The notes below the pieces were generated by a model. The model worked only from the letters and a program-made list of their open reading frames with translations. It was not told the origin of the DNA and made no database searches. A stretch of DNA of 64,000 nt from the NCBI GenBank assembly GCA_963752285.1, contig CAVVXN010000005.1:672001-736000 (forward strand). Reading direction: 5' to 3'. Numbering within the stretch: the first letter of the stretch is position 1; every line of letters starts with the position of its first letter. The stretch comes from an uncultured Planctomycetota bacterium (GTDB taxonomy: Bacteria > Planctomycetota > PLA2 > JAEUHO01). Positions 50,059 through 59,716 of this stretch are shown here, one piece after another. Made by a program: the position numbers and the translations under genes.

Positions 50059-50478
50059 GTGACGGCGCCGCTCCGCCGGCTGCCGCCCGACATCCGATCC
50101 GAGCTCCACGGACGGCGGCAGGCGCTGCTCGACCAGACGGCCCCGCTCGGGCCCCGGATGCGGCGTCGCCTCCGGTTCTACGTGGTGGGCGCGACCATCG
50201 GGATGCCGATCGTGCTCCTCCTGCTGGCGCCGGTCTCGGGTCTCGGCCTGGTCCTCCTCCTACCCCTCGCGGCGCTCTACGGCGCGCTGGTCGCGTGGTT
50301 CCGGCCGGGCGCGTTCCAGAGCGCGATCCTCACCTGGGCGTGCTACGTCGCGATCCTCGTGGCGAGCGGGTCGCCGATCGTCCCGACGGGCTTCCACCTC
50401 TTCCGGCACGCGTTCGTGCTGTTCCTCGGCGCGGCGATTGGCACGGCGGAGGAGGCGAGGGCCGGCGACGGGCTGTGA
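50059..50478 (+). CDS. Small multi-TM membrane protein
   Basis: About four hydrophobic segments; start uncertain. Confidence 0.6.
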   Translation: MTAPLRRLPPDIRSELHGRRQALLDQTAPLGPRMRRRLRFYVVGATIGMPIVLLLLAPVSGLGLVLLLPLAALYGALVAWFRPGAFQSAILTWACYVAILVASGSPIVPTGFHLFRHAFVLFLGAAIGTAEEARAGDGL

Positions 50479-50563
50479 GGGCGGACCGCGCGGGCGCGAG
50501 GCGGAGGCGGCGAAGTTGGACCGCGCGCCACCCGGGGGCGGCGCGCGGCCCGTTCCGCCCGGC

Positions 50564-52138
50564 CTACACCGCGGCGAGCGGTGGGGCGAGCACCACCTGA
50601 ATCTTCCTCAGCAGCGCCTCCGGAGAGAAGGGCTTGGGCAGGAACGCCGTCAACTCCCCTTCGAGCGCGTGCGTCAGACGTTCGGCGTCGCTACATCCGC
50701 TCATCAGGAGCACGCGCAAGCCGGGACGGCTGGTCTGCAGGCGGCGCGCCAGGGCGTCGCCGCCGATGCCTGGGAGCACCACGTCACTGATCAGGAGGTC
50801 GAATCCGCGCGCGTCGCGCTCGGCGAAGGCCAGGGCGTCGGTGGCGGTGTTCGCGTCTACGACCTCCACGTGCTGCATCTCGAGGACCTCGTGGACGAGC
50901 TCGCGCACGACGACGTCGTCCTCGACGAGCAGGGCGCGGATGGGCCGGTCCAGCTCCAGGTGCAGGGCCTCGCCGCCGTTCGCCGGCCCCGTTTCCACGG
51001 CGGCGGGCACGGCGACGCTGGGGAGATGCACGTGGAAGGTCGTGCCCGTACCGCGCCGGCTCTCGACCCGAACGAATCCGCCCTGCGCGCGAACCAGTCG
51101 CTCCACGGTGGAGAGGCCGAGGCCCAAGGCGCCGGACTTCGTCGTGAAGAAGGGAAGGAAGATCTGCGGGAGAATGCGTTCGTCCATGCCGGTGCCCGTG
51201 TCGCGGACCGAGATCACCCCGTAGTCGCCGGCGTGCTCGGCCCCGAGGAGCGGGGCCAGGTCGGGGTCGATCCGGACCTGCTGGGTCCGCACCGAGAGGT
51301 GGCCGCCGTCGTCCATGGCCTCGCGAGCGTTCGCGACGAGGTCCGAGATCACCTGCTCGAGGAGCGCGGGATCGGCCTGGACGCGGACGCCGTCCGCGCC
51401 GGGGTGCGCGTCCACGTCGATGTGGTCTCCGACGAGGCAGCGCAGCGTCGTCAGGTGCCGCGCCAGCCAGTGGTCGAGGTCGAGGACGACGGGTGTCGGG
51501 ACCTCCCGTTCGCCGTGGGCCAGGAGGCGACCCGTGAGGAGCGTGGCGCGAGCGCCCGCCTGTTGAATCTCCGCGACCACGTGATGCACGGGGTCGGAGC
51601 GGTCGAGGCGGGATCGTGCGAGCTCGCAGTAGCCCTGGATCGCCGTGAGGACGTCGTTCATGGGACCGGCGAGACCGCGCGCAAGCGTCCCGATGGCCTG
51701 CATCCGCAGGCCGTTGCGGGCGGCCTCGTCCCGACGCCTCGCGTCGGGGATCGGCGTGATCGAGCACGCGACCTCGAGGACGCGGCCCTCCGGGTCGAGC
51801 ACGGCCTCGCTCGCGAAGAGGGCCGGCGTGGGCGTGCCGGTCGGGCGGCGGACGATGAGCTCGACCTCCCGCCGCGGCTTGCGGTCCACGAGCGTGGACC
51901 ACGGAGGGAGGTCCTCCCTCGAGGCGGGGGTGCCGTCGGGACGGACGATCCGGGCGTGCTCGACCCAGCGGGCGAGCGGGGTGCTCGCCAGGTCGCCGAG
52001 CACCTCGCGGCCCGCGCGGTTCACGAGGCGCGGTACGCCCTCCGGGTCGAGAAGCACCACACCGACGGGAATCGTGTCGAGGACGCCCCGCAGGGCCCCC
52101 GAGAGAGCCGGACCGATGGGACCCGATTCACGGACCAT
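50564..52138 (-). CDS. PAS-HisKA-HATPase-REC hybrid kinase-like protein lacking the phospho-His
   Basis: GTLARGLAGPMNDVLTAI in place of GxLAGGIAHDFNN; DTGTGM, PFFTTK, GLGLS; intact REC. Confidence 0.85.
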   Translation of the reverse strand: MVRESGPIGPALSGALRGVLDTIPVGVVLLDPEGVPRLVNRAGREVLGDLASTPLARWVEHARIVRPDGTPASREDLPPWSTLVDRKPRREVELIVRRPTGTPTPALFASEAVLDPEGRVLEVACSITPIPDARRRDEAARNGLRMQAIGTLARGLAGPMNDVLTAIQGYCELARSRLDRSDPVHHVVAEIQQAGARATLLTGRLLAHGEREVPTPVVLDLDHWLARHLTTLRCLVGDHIDVDAHPGADGVRVQADPALLEQVISDLVANAREAMDDGGHLSVRTQQVRIDPDLAPLLGAEHAGDYGVISVRDTGTGMDERILPQIFLPFFTTKSGALGLGLSTVERLVRAQGGFVRVESRRGTGTTFHVHLPSVAVPAAVETGPANGGEALHLELDRPIRALLVEDDVVVRELVHEVLEMQHVEVVDANTATDALAFAERDARGFDLLISDVVLPGIGGDALARRLQTSRPGLRVLLMSGCSDAERLTHALEGELTAFLPKPFSPEALLRKIQVVLAPPLAAV

Positions 52139-52521
52139 GTCGTCTCCCAAGTCGCACGTCGCGCGGGGATAGTGTGTCCGATCCAGCACCGTGTGGCGCT
52201 AGGCCCCCAACGAGCCCTGAAGCCCGGATTCAGGCTTCTTTCTGCATCCCCGCCGGCGCACGGTCCTCCGCGCGCTCGCGTGAAGGGGATCTTCACGTCG
52301 GCGCGTCCGTACGCCCACGGTGGCGAGCGATCGACTCCGACACGCTGGCCGCCGCCTCGGCAGGCGTCGTAGCGGCGGAGGTCCCGGCGATCCTGGGTTG
52401 CCAGGGCGTACACCGAGGCCGTTCCCGATCGGGGGCGGTGGCGGAACGAGAGCCCGCCGGACGGCCGGCCGCTCCCCAGCGCCCGGCTTGCTACGGGCGC
52501 GGGGGATCCTTGCTCACGCTC

Positions 52522-53709
52522 TCAGTAGACGCGCGTGAACGCGGCGCCCGGGTAGTACCAGGAGAGGATCTCGGACTCCGAGAACCCGCGACGCGCCATC
52601 TCCATCGCGCCCCACTGGCACATGCCGACGCCGTGTCCCCATCCGTGGCCCCGGACTTCCCACCCGTTGCCGACGCGGCGGATCGCCTCGATGTCGTGGG
52701 AGTCGAGCTTCAGCGCGGAGCGGAACTCGGTCCCCGGGAGCACGCGCGTCTTCCGCTGCGGACCGTACGTGACGGTCACCTCGGCGGCCCATCCGCCCGC
52801 GCCCTTCCGCGTCACCTCGATGCCGAGGACCGGGGGGACGATCGGTCGCTTCCGCGCCTCGAGGCCCTTCACGACGTCCCGGTCGGAGACGGTCTTGGTC
52901 CACGAGAAACGCGGGCTCGACTTGCAGAAATCGCAGCGCACGCCGCGCAGCGGCTCGGTGGCGCCTCCGGGGTCGAGGAGCGAGGTCTTCGCGTCGGTGG
53001 TGTGGCCGCCGCACGTGGACGAGTAGTACGCGGGGAAGGGCTGGCTCTGCCACGTCAGGATGACGCCGGCCGTGGCCTCCGCCGCGCGGAGCATGTCCGG
53101 GTACGAAGCGTCGTAGCGGGGTTGGCGGCCGCTGTAGACCTGGCTCGCCTGGTCGTCGTACACGTCGAACGCGCGGTCCTGTCGCGTCGGGTCGTGGATG
53201 CGGATCCACGCGTACGTGCGCGCGGCGACGGCTTGCGCGCGGTACGCGGCCGGCGGCGCGCCCGGCACCATCTCGTTCCCGATCACCCCCGCGACGTACG
53301 TCTCGAGGTCCACGACGTTCACGAAGCGGAGGCGTCCGTCCTGCAGGTGCGCGACGAGCTCGCCGGGATAGCGCGTGCCATCGAGGACGAAGTCGTCGCC
53401 GGACTGCACGTGGAGCACGGTAGCGCGCGTCTGTTCCCGTCCGACGACGATGCCCTCGCGCCCCGGCGTGAGGCGGACCTCGAGCGCCTCGTGTCCGCGC
53501 CGGACCCACGGACGGCCCGCGCCGGACACGACCTGCCAGGCGCGGTCGGGGAGGCGCACCGTCGCGCCGTCCGTGCCGCGGTCCACGAGGATGCGGATCG
53601 TGGGGGGGCGCGAGGCGGCGAGGACGGGCGTCTCGTAGGCGTCGCCGCAGCCCCCGACGGAGAGCACGACGACGGCCAGGGCGCCGAGGGGGAGCGCGGC
53701 GCCCCTCAA
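52522..53709 (-). CDS. SpoIID/LytB domain protein (probable lipoprotein lytic transglycosylase)
   Basis: LETYVAGVIGNEM, AQAVAARTY, SQVYSG, GHGWGHGVGMCQWGA, ILSWYYPG. Confidence 0.93.
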   Translation of the reverse strand: MRGAALPLGALAVVVLSVGGCGDAYETPVLAASRPPTIRILVDRGTDGATVRLPDRAWQVVSGAGRPWVRRGHEALEVRLTPGREGIVVGREQTRATVLHVQSGDDFVLDGTRYPGELVAHLQDGRLRFVNVVDLETYVAGVIGNEMVPGAPPAAYRAQAVAARTYAWIRIHDPTRQDRAFDVYDDQASQVYSGRQPRYDASYPDMLRAAEATAGVILTWQSQPFPAYYSSTCGGHTTDAKTSLLDPGGATEPLRGVRCDFCKSSPRFSWTKTVSDRDVVKGLEARKRPIVPPVLGIEVTRKGAGGWAAEVTVTYGPQRKTRVLPGTEFRSALKLDSHDIEAIRRVGNGWEVRGHGWGHGVGMCQWGAMEMARRGFSESEILSWYYPGAAFTRVY

Positions 53710-54755
53710 AGCGGGAGCGCCCCCTCCCGGTCCACGCCGACCTCGGGCCCGAGAAGTGCGTGCCCCCGGGGCGTCAGCCGACGGCCCTGCGGGGTCTTCA
53801 CGAGCAGGCCCTCCCGAAGCAGGTGCGGCTCGTAGACGTCCTCGAGCGTGCGTTCCTCCTCGCCGACCGAGGCGGCGAGCGTCTTCAGTCCCATCGGGAT
53901 GCCGCCCGCGCGCCCGATGCTCGACAGGATCAGGCGGTCCACGCGGGTGAGGCCGTTCACGTCCACGCCCATCCGGCCCAGGCCCTCCTCGGCCAGGGCG
54001 AGCGTGACGCGGCCCTCGCCCTCGACCTCCGCCAGGTCACGCACCCGCCGCAGGAAGCGGTTCACGATGCGCGGCGTGCCGCGGGCGCGCGAGGCGAGGA
54101 GACGACCCGCGTCGGCATCGAGCCGAATGTCGAGAAGCCGCGCGGACCGCACGACGATCCGCGCGAGGTCGTCGTTCGCGTACGGCTCGAGTCGCTCGTG
54201 GATGCCGAACCGCGCGCGGAAGGGCGCTGAGAGGAGGCCCTCGCGCGTCGTCGCGCCGACGAGCGTGAAGCGGGGGAGGGGCACGGGGACGCTCTTCGCG
54301 GCGTTGCCCTGGCCGATGAGGATGTCGAGGACGAAGTCCTCCATCGCCCCGTACATGTATTCTTCGACGCCGCCCGGAAGTCGATGGATCTCGTCGATGA
54401 AGAGGACGTCGCCGCGCTCGAGGCGCGTCAGGAGGCCGGCGATGTCGGCCGCCCGCTGCAGCGCCGGCGCCGGGGCCTCGAAGAGGACCCCGCCGCTCTC
54501 GCTCGCGATCAGGTGGGCGAGGGTCGTCTTGCCGAGGCCCGGGAGCCCCGAGAGGAGGACGTGGTCCACGGGCTCCCGACGGCCCGTGGCGGCGCGGATC
54601 GCGAGCCTCAGGTTCGCGACGACGCCCGGTTGCCCGACGAACTCGTCGAGCGTCCGGGGACGAAGCGACCCCTCGAAGGCGCGGTCCTCCCCGAGCGCGT
54701 CGCCGTAGGCCGGCGGCGCGACCACCTCCCGCACCCGAGGACGCTCGCTGCCCAT
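53706..54755 (-). CDS. ruvB: Holliday junction branch migration helicase RuvB
   Basis: LRPRTLDEFVGQ, GLPGLGKTT, FIDEIHR, GATTR, RGTPR, YEPHL. Confidence 0.96.
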   Translation of the reverse strand: MGSERPRVREVVAPPAYGDALGEDRAFEGSLRPRTLDEFVGQPGVVANLRLAIRAATGRREPVDHVLLSGLPGLGKTTLAHLIASESGGVLFEAPAPALQRAADIAGLLTRLERGDVLFIDEIHRLPGGVEEYMYGAMEDFVLDILIGQGNAAKSVPVPLPRFTLVGATTREGLLSAPFRARFGIHERLEPYANDDLARIVVRSARLLDIRLDADAGRLLASRARGTPRIVNRFLRRVRDLAEVEGEGRVTLALAEEGLGRMGVDVNGLTRVDRLILSSIGRAGGIPMGLKTLAASVGEEERTLEDVYEPHLLREGLLVKTPQGRRLTPRGHALLGPEVGVDREGALPL

Positions 54756-54938
54756 GGGAGGAGGGTAGCCCGACCTCCCGACGGACGCAACGGGATGGGG
54801 GAGAACCGAGGTTCGTCCCCCAGGGGACGAGGTCCGTGGACCGCGCGACGCACGTCCGGACCCCGACGCCCCGCCGGGGTCCGGAATCGCCTCGGTGCGA
54901 TGCCCGCGCCCGGCCGGCCCCGCGTACCCTCCCGAGCG

Positions 54939-55697
54939 GTGACCGAGCGCGTCCTCCCCCCGCCCCGCCGCTTCGCGGACGAGCGCCGGCGGAAGGCCCC
55001 GACGCGGATCGCGCGGATGTTCGACGCGATCGCCCCGACGTACGACCTCCTGAACCACGTGCTCTCGGCCAACGTGGACGCGCGCTGGCGGCGCCGCGTG
55101 GTCGCCCTTCTCGAGCTCCGCGGGACGGAGCGCGCGCTCGACGTCTGTACCGGAACCGGGGACCTGGCGCTCGCGCTCCTCGAAGGCGGCGCGCGCGAGG
55201 TCGAAGGCTGCGATCTCGCCGAGGCGATGCTCGATCGGGCGGAGGAGAAGGCGAAGGGCCGCGTCCGCTTCCGCGTGGGCGACGCGGAGCGCCTTCCGTA
55301 CCCCGACGCCGCGTTCGACGTCGTCACGATCGGGTTCGGCGCGCGGAACCTCCAGCACCTGGACACGGGGCTTCGCGAGATGTGCCGGGTCCTCGCGCCG
55401 GGCGGACGGCTCGCGATCCTCGAGTTCTCGCGGCCGCCGAACCTGCTCGTGCGCTCCGTCTACGAGACCTACTCGACGATCGTGCTGCCGCTCGTCGGGA
55501 ACCTGGTGAGCGGCGGCTCCGACAACGCGTACACGTACCTGCCGCGCTCGGTCCAGGCGTTCCCGACGACGGGCGAGCTCGCGAACCGCCTCTGCGCCGC
55601 CGGCTTCGCCCAGGTGGGCGTGACGCTGCTGACGCTGGGCATCGCCGCGATCCACCTCGCGTCGAAGGCCGCCGGCTCCGACGCCGAGCGCGCCTGA
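54939..55697 (+). CDS. menG: Demethylmenaquinone methyltransferase (UbiE/MenG family)
   Basis: MFDAIAPTYDLLNHVLS, LDVCTGTGD, GDAERLPY, FGARN, AYTYLPRS. Confidence 0.9.
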   Translation: MTERVLPPPRRFADERRRKAPTRIARMFDAIAPTYDLLNHVLSANVDARWRRRVVALLELRGTERALDVCTGTGDLALALLEGGAREVEGCDLAEAMLDRAEEKAKGRVRFRVGDAERLPYPDAAFDVVTIGFGARNLQHLDTGLREMCRVLAPGGRLAILEFSRPPNLLVRSVYETYSTIVLPLVGNLVSGGSDNAYTYLPRSVQAFPTTGELANRLCAAGFAQVGVTLLTLGIAAIHLASKAAGSDAERA

Positions 55698-55701
55698 GGC
55701 G

Positions 55702-55908
55702 TCACGGCCGGACGAACGCCCGGCCGAGCCCGGCGACGAGCACGTGGTCCGCCCCGGGGATGGCGACGAGGGCGATCCCCAAGACGCGATCGCTCCGTCG
55801 CGCACGCAGGACCCCCAGGGCGCGAATGGGCCCCGACGAGGTCCAAGATGGCGCAGGTCGAGGACGGGGTCGGGCGAAACGCTCGACGACCGTGCCCGGG
55901 AACATCAT
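55702..55908 (-). CDS. Short ORF coupled to the GntR gene, possible remnant
   Basis: GGAGG SD and ATGA overlap with the GntR stop codon. Confidence 0.35.
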   Translation of the reverse strand: MMFPGTVVERFARPRPRPAPSWTSSGPIRALGVLRARRSDRVLGIALVAIPGADHVLVAGLGRAFVRP

Positions 55909-56306
55909 CGCCGCTCCTCCGCGTGGGATCGGGCGTGCCAGACCGTCGCGAGGCGTCGCGCGGTCTCGGCCTCGTCGAGGCCCAGCGCGCGGGCCTGGCG
56001 CACGACCGCGCCGAGCCGCGCGTCGAGGTCGGCGGTGGCCTCCTCGTTCGGCGCCGCGCGCGTGGCCACGAAGGTGCCGCGGCCGCGCCGCGTGCGGATC
56101 CAGCCCTCGCGGTCGAGCACGTCGTACGCGCGCTTCACGGTGAGCGGCGCGACGTGGAGGTCGCGCGCCAGCTCGCGATGCGACGGGAGGCGATCGTCCG
56201 GTCCGAGGACCCCCGCGGCGAGCGCGCCCTTCACCTGCTCGACCAGCTGGCGGTAGATCGGGAGCGGGTCGCCGGGAGCGACCGAGAACAGAGTGCGAGC
56301 CGCCAT
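55905..56306 (-). CDS. GntR-family regulator (YtrA subfamily)
   Basis: PIYRQL, LPSHRELA, TVKRAY, RGRGTFV; short C-terminus. Confidence 0.92.
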   Translation of the reverse strand: MAARTLFSVAPGDPLPIYRQLVEQVKGALAAGVLGPDDRLPSHRELARDLHVAPLTVKRAYDVLDREGWIRTRRGRGTFVATRAAPNEEATADLDARLGAVVRQARALGLDEAETARRLATVWHARSHAEERR

Positions 56307-56307
56307 A

Positions 56308-56330
56308 GAGATATACATATATATATCACA
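56308..56330. promoter_or_regulatory. AT-rich near-palindrome, probable GntR operator/promoter
   Basis: GAGATATACATATATATATCACA directly before the GntR ATG. Confidence 0.65.
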
Positions 56331-56446
56331 GGAGTTGGCGGTGCGGGGGGGCGCGGTCTCCCGCCGACCGGGGCGCGCCGCCCCGGCCCGTGCGGGGTCG
56401 GCGCCGGCTGAAGGGCGGGACCCGGCGTGCCGACTCCTCAGCGCAG

Positions 56447-57184
56447 ATGGCACGTCGCAAGCGGCCGCCGCCGGTGGACTACCTCTCGCGCACCCGCGAG
56501 CTGCCCGTGAACGTGCTCTTCCTGATGCCCTGGCTCGTCGTCTACGAGCTCAGCCTGCTCGCCACGAACAGCCCCGTCGAGAACGCCGCCGGGGCGTGGT
56601 TCCGTACGCTCGCCGGGACGCTCGGGCGGGAGGGGCTCGCCGCGGTCGGGATCCTCGTCTCCGCGCTCCTGCTCGCGCTCGTGACGCTGCGCGCCCACCA
56701 GGCGCCGCGCGACCGGGGGGTGTACGGCGGGATGCTGCTCGAGGGACTCGCGTACGGCGGTTCGCTCGGTCTCGTCGCCGGCGTGCTCGCGGCGCACCTG
56801 CCCCTCGGCCGGATGGTGCCGCTCTCCGGGTTCTCGACCGCCGGCCTCGGTCCCACCGTCGAGAGGCTCGGCCTCGCCGCCGGCGCCGGGGTCTTCGAGG
56901 AGATCCTCTTCCGCGGCCTCGTGCTCGCGGGTTCGTTCGCGCTCCTCCGCCACGTCTTCGGCGCCGACCGTTGGACCGCGGGCCTCGTCGCGATCGTGGG
57001 GTCCGCCTGGCTCTTCTCGGCGTGGCACCACTGGGGGCCGGGCGCGGAGCCGTGGTCCGAGCCCGTCTTCCGGTTCCGCTTCGCCGCCGGCGCGGTGCTC
57101 GGCACGATCTTCCTGACGCGCGGCCTGGGGATCGCCGCGTTCGCGCATGGGTTCTACGACGCGATCGTCATGCTGTCCCGGTAG
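56447..57184 (+). CDS. CPBP (CAAX/Abi) family intramembrane glutamic protease
   Basis: FEEILFRG, FSAWHH, AHGFYD; multi-TM. Confidence 0.88.
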   Translation: MARRKRPPPVDYLSRTRELPVNVLFLMPWLVVYELSLLATNSPVENAAGAWFRTLAGTLGREGLAAVGILVSALLLALVTLRAHQAPRDRGVYGGMLLEGLAYGGSLGLVAGVLAAHLPLGRMVPLSGFSTAGLGPTVERLGLAAGAGVFEEILFRGLVLAGSFALLRHVFGADRWTAGLVAIVGSAWLFSAWHHWGPGAEPWSEPVFRFRFAAGAVLGTIFLTRGLGIAAFAHGFYDAIVMLSR

Positions 57185-57506
57185 CGGAGCCGAAGAGGGG
57201 CCCGGGGTCGAGCTCGAACCCGCCGAGCGCCGTCGAGCGAAGGGACGAGTCGTTTCTCGCGCGTGCGACGGATCCCCGACGGCGGACCTCGATCGTGCGC
57301 GCCTCCGGGTCCAGGAGCCAGACCTCGGCCCCGCCGGCCTCGAGGTGGTGTCGCGTCTCGACGTGGCGGTCGCGCGCGGCCGTCGGGGGGGAGAGAACCT
57401 CGACGACGAGGAGGGGGATGCCGACCTCCGGGGCGTCGAGGGGGAGCGGACGCGCGAGGACGACGATGTCGGACTGGAGGACGTTGAGCTCGTCGAGAGC
57501 CACGTC
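57168..57506 (-). pseudogene. 5'-truncated Uma2 (DUF820) endonuclease remnant
   Basis: NVLQSDIVV...PLLVVEVLSPPTAARDR...AGGAEVWLLDP; N-terminus absent. Confidence 0.7.
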
Positions 57507-58103
57507 GTGGGCCGCGGCATCGCCCTCCCGCTCGCGTCCTCGGACGACGTCCCACCGGGCCAGCGGGTGGAGGTGCTCGGGTACCCGGCCGTCGGGTTCG
57601 ACGACGCGACGATGCGTCCGGAGGCGGCGTACCGCGTGCGCGCAAAGGACCGGCAGGTCGCGGGCCAGAGGCCGATGCGCGGCGACGGGGCCGCGATCGA
57701 GATGACCGCCGACATCCACCACGGCGACAGCGGCGGTCCGGTCCTCCACGACCCGCGGTACGTGATCGGCCTGAACGTCGCGGGCCCGGAGGGCGCGGCG
57801 AGCGCCGCCCTGGCGGTCCCCCTGCGCCTCGCCCGCGCCCGGCTCGAGCAGCTGGGCGTTCGTCCGGACCCGGGTCCGCGCACGGAGCCGTGGATCGAGG
57901 CCCTCGCCGACTACCACGCGGGGCGGTACGCCGAGGCGGAGCGTCGCGTCGATGGGATCGGCCAGATCCAGGTCGGTGCGCGCGGGACCGACGGCAGGGC
58001 GCCGATCGTCGGCTCCGTCGCGTGGGCGTTCGCGAGCCACGTGAGCCCGTACGTGCGCGACCTCTCGGGTCTGGTCTACGCGAGTACGCACCCGCAGCGC
58101 TGA
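57507..58103 (+). pseudogene. 5'-truncated trypsin-like serine protease remnant
   Basis: LPLASSD...VLGYP...IHHGDSGGPVL...VIGLN; catalytic His/Asp half absent. Confidence 0.65.
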
Positions 58104-58119
58104 ACGCCTCGGCGGGACC

Positions 58120-58998
58120 TCAGCGGAGGAGCACCGCCGCGATGCCGGCGCCGCTCAGCACGACGGACACCACCCCGTTCAGCGTGAAGAAGGCCGTGTT
58201 GACGCGCGTGAGGTCGTCGGGACGCACGAGCGCGTGTTCGACCGCGAGCAGGAGCGCCACGACCGCGACCGCCGCGCCGTAGACCCAGCCGAGACCGGCG
58301 AGGAACGCGAGGCCCACGAACGCCGCGAGACAGACGGCGTGCAGCGCCGCGGCGACGCGGAGCGCGGCATGGGTCCCGAGGCGCGCCGGGAGCGAGCGGA
58401 GCCCGAGGCGGCGGTCCACGACCTCGTCCTGCGCGGCGTAGATCACGTCGAAGCCCGCCACCCACGCGAGCACGCCGAGAGAGAGGACCAGCGGGACGGC
58501 GAGGTCCCGGTCGAGGCGGCCGGTCGCGGCGATCCACGCGCCGAGCGGGGAGAGGCCGAGCGCGAGGCCCACGCCCAGGTGCGCGAGGGACGTGAAGCGT
58601 TTGAGGAACGAATAGCCGAAGAGCACGAGCAGGACGAGCGGGGAGAGCGCGAGGGGCAGGGGGCCGAGCGCGAAGGCCGCGAGGAGGAAGACCGCGGTCG
58701 AGGCGACCGTGAAGACCCATGCGAAGCGGACCGAGATCGAGCCGACCACGAGGTGGCGGCGCGCGGTGCGCGGGTTCTCGGCGTCGAACCTTCGATCGGC
58801 GATGCGGTTCACCGTCATCGCCGCGCTGCGTGCCGCGACCATCGCGACCACGACCCATGCGAGCACGCGCGGCGCGGGCCAGCCGCCCGAGGCGAGGAAG
58901 AGCGCGAAGAGCGCGAACGGCAGCGCGAAGACGCTGTGGTGGAACCGGATCATCTGCAGCGTGCGGCGGAGCGAGGAGGCGATGCCGGAGGTGCTCAC
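58120..58998 (-). CDS. UbiA-like polyprenyltransferase (MqnP-like)
   Basis: FHHSVFALPFA, NRIADRRFDAENPRTARR, YSFLKRFT, GFDVIYAAQD; GTGA overlap. Confidence 0.92.
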   Translation of the reverse strand: MSTSGIASSLRRTLQMIRFHHSVFALPFALFALFLASGGWPAPRVLAWVVVAMVAARSAAMTVNRIADRRFDAENPRTARRHLVVGSISVRFAWVFTVASTAVFLLAAFALGPLPLALSPLVLLVLFGYSFLKRFTSLAHLGVGLALGLSPLGAWIAATGRLDRDLAVPLVLSLGVLAWVAGFDVIYAAQDEVVDRRLGLRSLPARLGTHAALRVAAALHAVCLAAFVGLAFLAGLGWVYGAAVAVVALLLAVEHALVRPDDLTRVNTAFFTLNGVVSVVLSGAGIAAVLLR

Positions 58999-59609
58999 GG
59001 AGCGCTCTCCGCGCCGGCCTCGGGCGTTCCCCAGCGGCGGATCAGGTCGGCGTCTACGCCGATCCGGTCGAGGACCTTCTGCACGACGAAGTCCACGAGG
59101 TCGTCGATCGTCTTCGGGCGGTGGTACCAGGCGGGCGCCGCGGGGAGGATCGTGGCGCCCGCGCGCGAGAGGCGGAGCATCGCTTCGAGGACGATGGGGG
59201 AGAGCGGGGTCTCCCGGGGCACGAGCACGAGGGGCCGGGCCTCCTTCAGGGCGACCTCGCACATCCGCTCGAGGAGGTTCGTGGACGCGCCGGAGGCGAC
59301 CCGGCCGAGGAGTCCCGTGCTCGCCGGGCAGACGACGTACGCGTCCACGCGAAACGAGCCCGAGGCGACGTCGGCGGCGACGTCGTCCGGACGGCGGTAT
59401 GCGAGGGACGAGGCGACGTCCGCGCCGAAGAACGCGGAGAGGTCGGGTGCGAAGGGGTCGCAGGCGATCCCCAGCTCGGCCGGCGCGAGCTTCGCGAGGG
59501 TCGGGCTCATCGTGACGAGCGTCTCGCAACCGGCCTCGACGAGGCGCCGGACGAGGCGCTGCCCGTAGACGGTGCCGGAGGCGCCGGAGATGCCGACGGC
59601 GACGCGCAA
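58995..59609 (-). CDS. ubiX: Flavin prenyltransferase
   Basis: GISGASG, ASGS, LKEARPLVLVPRETP, PAWYHRP. Confidence 0.93.
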   Translation of the reverse strand: MRVAVGISGASGTVYGQRLVRRLVEAGCETLVTMSPTLAKLAPAELGIACDPFAPDLSAFFGADVASSLAYRRPDDVAADVASGSFRVDAYVVCPASTGLLGRVASGASTNLLERMCEVALKEARPLVLVPRETPLSPIVLEAMLRLSRAGATILPAAPAWYHRPKTIDDLVDFVVQKVLDRIGVDADLIRRWGTPEAGAESAP

Positions 59610-59716
59610 GGGGAACCCCTGGAAAGGAGGGGCAGGATACGGGACCGCTCGGGATCCTCCCCCCGCCCGCGGGACCCGCGGTGGCGCGGTCCCTCGGGCC
59701 CGTAGACTCGCGCGCC

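Noticed and set aside
53706..54755. ruvB without adjacent ruvA/ruvC
   Set aside because: Split ruv loci are common; linkage to SpoIID-like and tgt genes is ordinary
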